From Schizochytrium sp. TIO01 (taxonomy: Eukaryota; Protista; Bigyra: Labyrinthulomycetes), in NCBI GenBank assembly GCA_004764695.1, contig SMSO01000032.1, positions 7,534,483-7,598,482 on the forward strand: a stretch of DNA of 64,000 nt, given 5' to 3'. The notes beneath the pieces were generated by a model. It made no database searches, was not told where the DNA came from, and was given only the letters and a program-made list of their open reading frames with translations. A program made the translations under genes and the position numbers. Positions 57,025 through 64,000 of this stretch are shown here, in pieces; the stretch's first letter is position 1, and each line of letters opens with the position of its first letter.

Positions 57025-58089
57025 ATGTTGCAGTCTGAAGATGCGCTGCGCAGCGTTGTGGACATCAGCGACCAGGTCCGCTCGCGCGGCCTTCTGCTGC
57101 TGAAGCTTCTCGAGTCTGCACGTGACGTAGGCCCTAGCGGCGACAAGCCTGCTGCTCCTCCCTCCCCTCCAGAAGCCCATAAGCTGTACGTGCTCGATCT
57201 TCTTCGCCAGCATGAGCGCGAGGTCCGTGGCCTTCTTCGAGGCCTCCATGATCGCGTAGACGCTATCGAAAACTGCAAGCCCGGCAGCAGCGGCAGCAGC
57301 TCTACTGGACTGGATATGGATGGGTACAACTCCAAAGCTGCAGAAGATGACCCTTCCGAGGTATACGAGACTTCAGAGGCTATTCACTCTATCGCAGTCA
57401 AGGGTGTCTCTAGAGACATCGCGCACTCACTCCAAAACGAAATCTCGTGGCGAGGTGCCGCTTCCAAAGCCGCTAATGAGGCTGACACCTTCTTCCACCA
57501 GAGGTTGGCAACACTCTTCCCAGACCTTGAAGTCGGTCGCCGCAGGAAGGCTCTCTTGCAGCAAAAGAAAAAGATGGCTAGGCGCAAGAAAAACGGCACT
57601 GCGGTGTCCAAAAAGACCACCCCAGAAACGCAAGAGAAAATCGAGAAGCTTCCGAAGCTCGAAGATGCTGTTAATGGGTTGTCTGGACTGGCTGATTTCA
57701 CAGCAGAACATGGTGGCAAGCGATGGAGGATGCTGAAGAAGCTGGTGCTCACGTGGAAGAATGGGCTCGTATTCACGCTGCACTTTGGACCAGCAAGAGG
57801 AACAGTAGACCCGAACAACCAAAGCCAGGAGGTGCAGCAGGGGGAGTTGTCGCTTTCAGGGGTTAGACTTGTGTGGGTATCCGTGGAATCGCAGCATACA
57901 TTTTCAGACAGGTCGAGGGTAGCGGAGGGTGGACCAAGACCCGCAAACTTTCCGTCAAAATTAGCAGCACAAGCACAACAGAATCATTTCATCTGGAGCC
58001 AGGAAGAAAGCGAGATTGCAGCTACGCACAAACTGCTTAAGTGGCTAGCAGAGAAAATTGAGGCAGGACCGACGAGCTTTCCCAAGTAA
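57025..58089 (+). CDS. Hypothetical nuclear protein, possibly a divergent Mediator subunit MED27
   Basis: ORF with coding-like composition; first ATG at 57025. Basic NLS-like RRRK...KKKMARRKK. The order of elements resembles MED27 (see findings). Confidence 0.55.
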   Translation: MLQSEDALRSVVDISDQVRSRGLLLLKLLESARDVGPSGDKPAAPPSPPEAHKLYVLDLLRQHEREVRGLLRGLHDRVDAIENCKPGSSGSSSTGLDMDGYNSKAAEDDPSEVYETSEAIHSIAVKGVSRDIAHSLQNEISWRGAASKAANEADTFFHQRLATLFPDLEVGRRRKALLQQKKKMARRKKNGTAVSKKTTPETQEKIEKLPKLEDAVNGLSGLADFTAEHGGKRWRMLKKLVLTWKNGLVFTLHFGPARGTVDPNNQSQEVQQGELSLSGVRLVWVSVESQHTFSDRSRVAEGGPRPANFPSKLAAQAQQNHFIWSQEESEIAATHKLLKWLAEKIEAGPTSFPK

Positions 58090-58855
58090 AACTCAGAATG
58101 TTTGACTCTTAATTGCCTGTCTAACTGCTTAGTACTTTCAAAGTGTCCTTTGAGATAGTTGCTGGCAAGAAACTTACGCTTGGGGCCTTAAAGTTGTATG
58201 ACATCCAGTACTGCCTTGATTTGGGTTCACCCACCTCGTAAGAGTACTATGGAATGCTTCTATGGTATAGTGAAATGTGTGATGCTGCAGTCTCCCGTTG
58301 GTGCTCAACCTTGGCTAGTAAAGCTTTTTTGATTATACCTGGCAAGGGACCAAATTGGAGAGCTAGAAATCCTGGACTCATAAGTTACCGGCCTGGGGGT
58401 TGGGGGGGCAGGTCGCCCCAACGCATGCTACTCACAGATTTCAGAACCAAATATGAAGAGGAAAGAAGTCTCATATCATAAATTTGGGTCTTGTTATCAT
58501 CTCTGCATATATATACGGACATGCATATACAACAAACATTCAAACAAACTGACAAAAAATCTCACAAATATAAACGTAGTTGTGTTTGTACATTCCTCAA
58601 AAGTTCACCGGGTTGGATGTTGGGAGGAGGTGTTAATCTTCATCCATGACTGCTGTGCTGTTCCATCCATGAAATTATATAAATCGAACTTCTTCAAGAC
58701 ACTAGCAAGATAAAATATTTAGAGTCACAGCCTAAAAGCTAAAGGCAAGCTGCGTAACCCGCGTCCTCTCTAAACTTGACAAGGGAAGCCTTCGAGATCA
58801 TTAAATATTTTCTTTGTTTTCTTTGTTTTCTATTTTCTAGAAACCCAAGCAATGC

Positions 58856-59335
58856 TTATTCATTAGTGTTACACTTATTGATCTTCCAAAGCTTGTTCGG
58901 CGACAGAACACACAACCTACATTCTTTGAGAAAGGAGTCACTGATCGAAGAAATGCTACAAGCCTCGCAGAATCCAAGGTATGACGAGAGCTTTACTTTA
59001 CACTTGCGAAATGGTTCGATATTTACACAAGATAAGCACTTCTGTAAACTACTCTGACTCTCATCACTGTCGATGCACTGCATAAGACCCTCTATCCAGA
59101 CATCCTCTGGGCAGTCATGAGGCGCCTTATGAGGCACCCGGTGGATCTCCACTAGCTTTACAAGTCCGCCATCTGCCAATGTCTTCGAAAGCCTGCTTCC
59201 AGTCTTGAACATTAGTTCAGCTCTTTCTGCAACGCCAGCTGCGAAGTCCTTTAGCTCACGAAGAATTTTGGCGTTCGCTCTTGGCACAGCAATCGCAACA
59301 GCAATTGCAATGAAATCAAAAGAAAAGGTTCGCAT
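58856..59335 (-). CDS. Small putatively secreted Cys-rich protein (10 Cys, three CxxC)
   Basis: Signal-peptide-like N-terminus (FIAIAVAIAVPRANA). A strong 3' splice acceptor TTTTGTTCTCTTGCAG lies 2 nt before the ATG. Confidence 0.55.
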   Translation of the reverse strand: MRTFSFDFIAIAVAIAVPRANAKILRELKDFAAGVAERAELMFKTGSRLSKTLADGGLVKLVEIHRVPHKAPHDCPEDVWIEGLMQCIDSDESQSSLQKCLSCVNIEPFRKCKVKLSSYLGFCEACSISSISDSFLKECRLCVLSPNKLWKINKCNTNE

Positions 59336-60422
59336 GACTGCAAGAGAACAAAATGAAATACAACTTGGTTGAGTTATAAATTTATGGTTAAGGATTTGCC
59401 CTGTCTTGTTTTTACCAATTCGCGATGTTTTGTATTGTGTACTTCTTCAAAGAAAAAGAATCAGCACTTATAGTCTACAAGGTAGGGCACATTTGTCAAG
59501 AGATATCATATGACCAACACTGCTCCCTACAGTCACTGTTGCATCAACGAAGATCAATGCTAGGTGCAGAAATAGTCTAATTAGGCCCATATCCAAGAAG
59601 ACGCTATCCTGAGCGTTTAAAATTATCCATGTCCATGACTTTCTGGTCCCAAAAATCGCGTCTTCTTCTAAAAAGAGGCGACGCAAAACTTCTCCAGACA
59701 ATAAAATGACTGCGTGCTCGCCACATCCCAAATACGAACTTGATCTGCTGCCTTTGTCAAGCTTGCTTGAGTTAGTGTTGTGTTACTTGGACTCCGCGCA
59801 ACCTCTATGAGACAGTTTGCAACTGTCCCTATATAAATTTAGATTGAACTTTGAAAAATAATGTATAATAATGCTAACGTAATAAAAAAATGTGGCTATC
59901 CAAGAAATAACCCATTTCTAGCAAGATGATTTGTTGCGTATGAAGATACCAAAACAGATGCTGCGTCAAGATGAGTTTCAATTGTTATAGACTTCACACT
60001 GCGACACTGTTTTTGAACTAGAAGGGGGGGGATGTCCGCCAAGGGGAGCTAAAGATAAACACGTATAAAGAACCGTCTAAATGACATTTCCATGTCCCCA
60101 TGCCCCATTCAAGGTCTTCACCGGAACCCTTTCATTTTTCATATTTTTTTTTTAATAGACATCGGCCCATAAGGAGAGATAATGGAGAAACACGATTCAA
60201 CAGAGTGCCCTCATGCACTGTAGGCGATTCATTTAAAAAAAATGGATCACGTCCAATAGTCAAATTGGGATGTTTATGGTATTCTGTTCAGCAATCGTTT
60301 GAGATCTTACTGTTGAGATTCTGCAAACCTGCTCAACGTATCATATTAAGGTAGAGGATTCGGAGTATAATGCAATGCAATGTTTTAGTTAAGGCGCTTG
60401 CATCTCTTCCTTTCCTGTTATG

Positions 60423-63400
60423 TTACTCTCCTAAATTATGACCTGGATCGAATGTGAAATCTCGCACGAGGATCTTATGTCGAGAAAACCTGCGCCACAT
60501 TGTCAGCGGAATCCCAGCATAAAAGTGATCAGGAAGGGCAGATGCTAAGAAATAATTGGCTACTGGACTCAAAACAGACATATGAGCACGGAGTAACTGA
60601 TTCGATAGCGGTTGAACAGATGCACTTGACATGTGGTGATGGTTGAAAAACATACCCATTCTTTCTGTCTGGTGTGTTATGTCACGAACACCACGACGCT
60701 CTGCAATCATTGTGGCAAACAATAATTGAATAATGTGCCCAAGTATGCGCTCAAGCAGGACAGCAAAGACAAGCAGAGCATAACCAGGTAGTAACTCTTC
60801 CTCTTGGATTGTGAATGCCTGCAGTTCAGGATTGTGCTTTTCAAGATACTCGTCTAGAAATTTAAAGCCGGCATTTTCAATTAAATGAGTAGTAAATGCG
60901 CGAAGATCAAAGAGAGTAAATAGCAGCATGATACAGAAGATATCGAGGCCACTCCATGCATTAACTACTTCTATCATGTTCATGAGACGTAGTTGCTGTT
61001 TTGGAGACCATGGAAAGATCCATACGGCAGCAAGTACTAACACATGAAATAAAGGCATAACAATGACGAATACGAAGAAGCTGATGGCCATCAAATGGGG
61101 AGGTTCGCCTTCAAGCCCGACATGAAGAACCGCTGATGGGACGTGCAGCACCGAAAACGTTAAATTCTGTGACTCGGGTGGAATGACCAGCTTGCCAACT
61201 AGTCCAGACCTACGCAAGGTAAATGTTGGCACTGCGATGGCAGATACCAAAATCATCAGCGTCAAAATGAGGAGACTGAACATTAAAACCTTTCCAACAC
61301 GAGAGCACCTGTAAAACTCTCCAGGAGTTGGCGAAAAAATATGATTCTGACAGGACTCGGAGCGAAGGGCTTTGTAATATTCCATCTGTCTCAGCACTGA
61401 GTCCTCGGCAAACGATACATTCTGTTGGGTGTTCTCTTCGTCTTGAGATGACGTTATGTCAAAACGACCCCTAGAATTGTTATTCAAAAGTACTTCTGGA
61501 TCTGTGTTGCCTGCATCTAATGAAAAGGACCCTACCAAAGAGCTGAAACGCCTGCGGTATGCTTGACGTTCATTTGTCATCATCTGGTATGGCGAGTCTG
61601 CTTCTGAAAAGAGAGGGTCCGCGAGAAGGGAAGTTGACGCATGGTTCTCTGCGTCTCGAATATTTCTTCTCCTCGAAACGAGCGGACTTGATTCCAGCTG
61701 CTCTTCGTTTTGAGTAACGTTGAGGTCTGCACTACTTCTGCTCACAGACATTTGTAAGAGGTCGTCTTCAAGTGGTTCAGATTGCCATTTTTGGTGCTCT
61801 TCATCACGGCGCTTTTCTTCCCATGATTTTGCAAACCTATGCACTGCGACATTAGCTTCTCCCATGAGCAATGATAGAATAAAAGAAAGTGTATACCCAT
61901 CAATGCCAAATCCAGGCTGTATACCAAAGCTCATGCGAACTCGAAGTTTATGTAGAGGTCGGATAACCAATGGAGCTTTATACCACGGGATATATATGGT
62001 GCGCTCGAAATAATTTGACAATGAGAGTATAACCAACATGTACAGATTTGCTAGGGATATTTTACCCATTATATCCACCCATGCGTAGATGCGCCCTCGA
62101 AAAGTCTCATCAGCAGGGGCATACCAAAACATTGCCCAAATAAGTACTTTTAAGATCGGCCAGAGAAAGACTGACACAAGCTGAGCAATGCCGAGGCCAA
62201 ATGCTTTTGCGCCAAAGAAAACGTGGAGTGTCGTGATTGGACTAAACTCAATAATGTGTTGCTTGACTGTAACATTGTCAAGCCAAAGATGACCCTCGAT
62301 CGGAAACAATAAGTCCTCCACCATGGAAATGTACAAATCCTCAAAGGCATCAGTTAAATTTTGATATTCCATTGAGGTTGTAATATTGGTTGAGGGCTGG
62401 AGGCCATAAGAGAGGTCAATAATATCATTCGCAAATCCATGGTGGGGGGCTCCACCCTTCAGCTGGTCAAAATGTGCAATGGTTGCAAATGCCGTACCTT
62501 TCATAACCCAGAACCCAAGGATACACGCATGGGCTATATTCATTAAAGGGGGGATAGCGTTGATCAAATGGCGCACCCATACTCCATGGCGGCTTGTCCG
62601 TCGCATGAATGCTCCGTAGAGAGAGTAGTGTCGTCCAAATCGAAAACGAGATGGTAGAGCAATTCCAGGTGAGCCGGGCGTATTTTGGTTGCCTTCATAA
62701 GTAGATGGGTCCAGCAATGCAGTACGAAGAGTGTCTGCCTCGCTATCACCGTCTTCATCAACTGCAACTGCGGCCTCGTCATTTGATGAAGATACTTCAA
62801 CAACGTTGCTTGCAAAGAGCGGGGACTGCATTTCATTTGACCACTCTAGTTGATCTGGGTTATGATGTTTGATCGCGAGGCGACGAACTAGATTAGCCTC
62901 GTGCAACTTCATACCGAAGAGAAGTCCGGCGAAGAGAAATCCCACCATAGCGCTCATTGAAAAGGCAAAACTTGGTCCAGGGAATAGACACTGCATTCGG
63001 CCGTCATAATTTCGCTGATGTAATATACTTGCTAGAGTAGGCATTTGGTACAAGCAGCTGGTTCCTTGATATGGTTTGCGGAAACCCCTAGATAAAGCTG
63101 CAATATGTTCGTCTCCAAACAATGGAGATGTTTGCATGAGAAATAGAGTCGTCGCTTGTAGGATGAAAGCTATTGTACAGCACGACGTAGCTCCTACGCT
63201 GCAATACAGCTGGAAATAAAACTTGCGGGTAATATGTGTAAGAAATCCGCACACCATGCCCATGCATGCAAGGAAAATAGCACAAATGAGCAAGGCTTGC
63301 GAAGCTGTAGTTCGTGAGCACATTTCCCTTCGAAACTCTGCTGTCATTGGCACCCGGCCATTGTCTAAGGTTGGATTCATCATAGGTTGACAGTATGCTT

Positions 63401-63629
63401 CATAAGACGATCGGGCTAAGCCCGCTTCTGCTGTGCAGGTGATACCAAGCGTCGGCAGATCGTCGCCCCAACGATAACTCGTTGAAAATATTCCTTCGCC
63501 AAACCAGCAGAATCTATCTACGAGCTCAGCGCGGCTAACAAGCCACATTGGAACATAACCGGTTAACACTGTGCAAACAAGCGCAAAGCCTGTGAAAGCA
63601 AGACCTCCAGCCACAAACCCGCGTGCCAT
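60423..63629 (-). CDS. Multi-pass membrane protein: N-terminal claudin/PMP22-like 4-TM domain plus two PqiA (LetA-type) domains
   Basis: PqiA-like blocks FS-x...LWPILK...VDIMGKISLANLYMLVIL and FSVL...FVIVMPLFH...IEVVNAWSGLDIFCIML. N-domain TM1-W...GIF...C..C..C-TM2-TM3...GPSF-TM4. First ATG is at 63629 (MARGFV). Confidence 0.8.
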   Translation of the reverse strand: MARGFVAGGLAFTGFALVCTVLTGYVPMWLVSRAELVDRFCWFGEGIFSTSYRWGDDLPTLGITCTAEAGLARSSYEAYCQPMMNPTLDNGRVPMTAEFRREMCSRTTASQALLICAIFLACMGMVCGFLTHITRKFYFQLYCSVGATSCCTIAFILQATTLFLMQTSPLFGDEHIAALSRGFRKPYQGTSCLYQMPTLASILHQRNYDGRMQCLFPGPSFAFSMSAMVGFLFAGLLFGMKLHEANLVRRLAIKHHNPDQLEWSNEMQSPLFASNVVEVSSSNDEAAVAVDEDGDSEADTLRTALLDPSTYEGNQNTPGSPGIALPSRFRFGRHYSLYGAFMRRTSRHGVWVRHLINAIPPLMNIAHACILGFWVMKGTAFATIAHFDQLKGGAPHHGFANDIIDLSYGLQPSTNITTSMEYQNLTDAFEDLYISMVEDLLFPIEGHLWLDNVTVKQHIIEFSPITTLHVFFGAKAFGLGIAQLVSVFLWPILKVLIWAMFWYAPADETFRGRIYAWVDIMGKISLANLYMLVILSLSNYFERTIYIPWYKAPLVIRPLHKLRVRMSFGIQPGFGIDGYTLSFILSLLMGEANVAVHRFAKSWEEKRRDEEHQKWQSEPLEDDLLQMSVSRSSADLNVTQNEEQLESSPLVSRRRNIRDAENHASTSLLADPLFSEADSPYQMMTNERQAYRRRFSSLVGSFSLDAGNTDPEVLLNNNSRGRFDITSSQDEENTQQNVSFAEDSVLRQMEYYKALRSESCQNHIFSPTPGEFYRCSRVGKVLMFSLLILTLMILVSAIAVPTFTLRRSGLVGKLVIPPESQNLTFSVLHVPSAVLHVGLEGEPPHLMAISFFVFVIVMPLFHVLVLAAVWIFPWSPKQQLRLMNMIEVVNAWSGLDIFCIMLLFTLFDLRAFTTHLIENAGFKFLDEYLEKHNPELQAFTIQEEELLPGYALLVFAVLLERILGHIIQLLFATMIAERRGVRDITHQTERMGMFFNHHHMSSASVQPLSNQLLRAHMSVLSPVANYFLASALPDHFYAGIPLTMWRRFSRHKILVRDFTFDPGHNLGE

Positions 63630-64000
63630 ATTTGCTAAGACAGCTCTAAAACAATGGCGGTAGGGTTTAATCCTGGCAAACACCCAAAGCTTGCAAGTTT
63701 CCCTGTCCCTGCTGAAGCTTTCTCCGCCACCCACCAAGTTGAAGGCGTCGTCGAGTTGGGGTGCGTAGTTCTTCTCACTTCAGCTCCAACAGAAAGCTCA
63801 GCTCCTTAAGTAGTCTGCTAATCGCGTCACTCCGTTTCTTTCGTTCAAGACAGGCCTTGGGCCCGTCGCCATGTGGACATGCTCAGACGTTCTGGATCTA
63901 CTGTCCCGAAATTCCCAACTATGATCCCGAGGCCTTGTATTCAAGACACAAGAACAACAACAAGCAAGCGAAGCGCAGGCACCTAAGATGAATACATAGG

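Noticed and set aside
1-64000. CRISPR array, rRNA operon, intact transposon or endogenous virus
   Set aside because: No repeat-spacer array, rRNA signature, or transposase/RT/integrase/capsid motif was recognised; all tandem repeats lack unique spacers.

Overview
Eukaryotic nuclear DNA with long, apparently intronless CDSs and microsatellite-rich intergenic DNA. The gene style suggests a stramenopile, probably a thraustochytrid (labyrinthulomycete); this is inference only. Genes in order: 5'-truncated B12-dependent methionine synthase, SLC35C2-like transporter, TPX2, an orphan with RRxS/T sites, TAF1, GTPBP2-like GTPase, two paralogous divergent tetraspanin-like genes flanking a repeat-rich block of decayed ORF fragments, a type II membrane GT-A-like protein, mitochondrial TsaD/OSGEPL1, TPR/Mlp1, a possible MED27, a small Cys-rich secreted protein and a PqiA/LetA-family membrane protein. 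No rRNA, tRNA, CRISPR array or intact transposon was recognised. Best leads: (1) the TPR tail carries a PAM2-like motif, an RxxRFG Tho1/SARNP-type motif and 17 further FG dipeptides, suggesting an mRNP-handling module built into the nuclear basket; (2) a claudin-like 4-TM domain fused to two PqiA domains; (3) a tetraspanin-like pair lacking CCG; (4) a glycosyltransferase-like protein with an internally duplicated, apparently inactive domain. All family assignments come from motif recall by eye; no searches were run.
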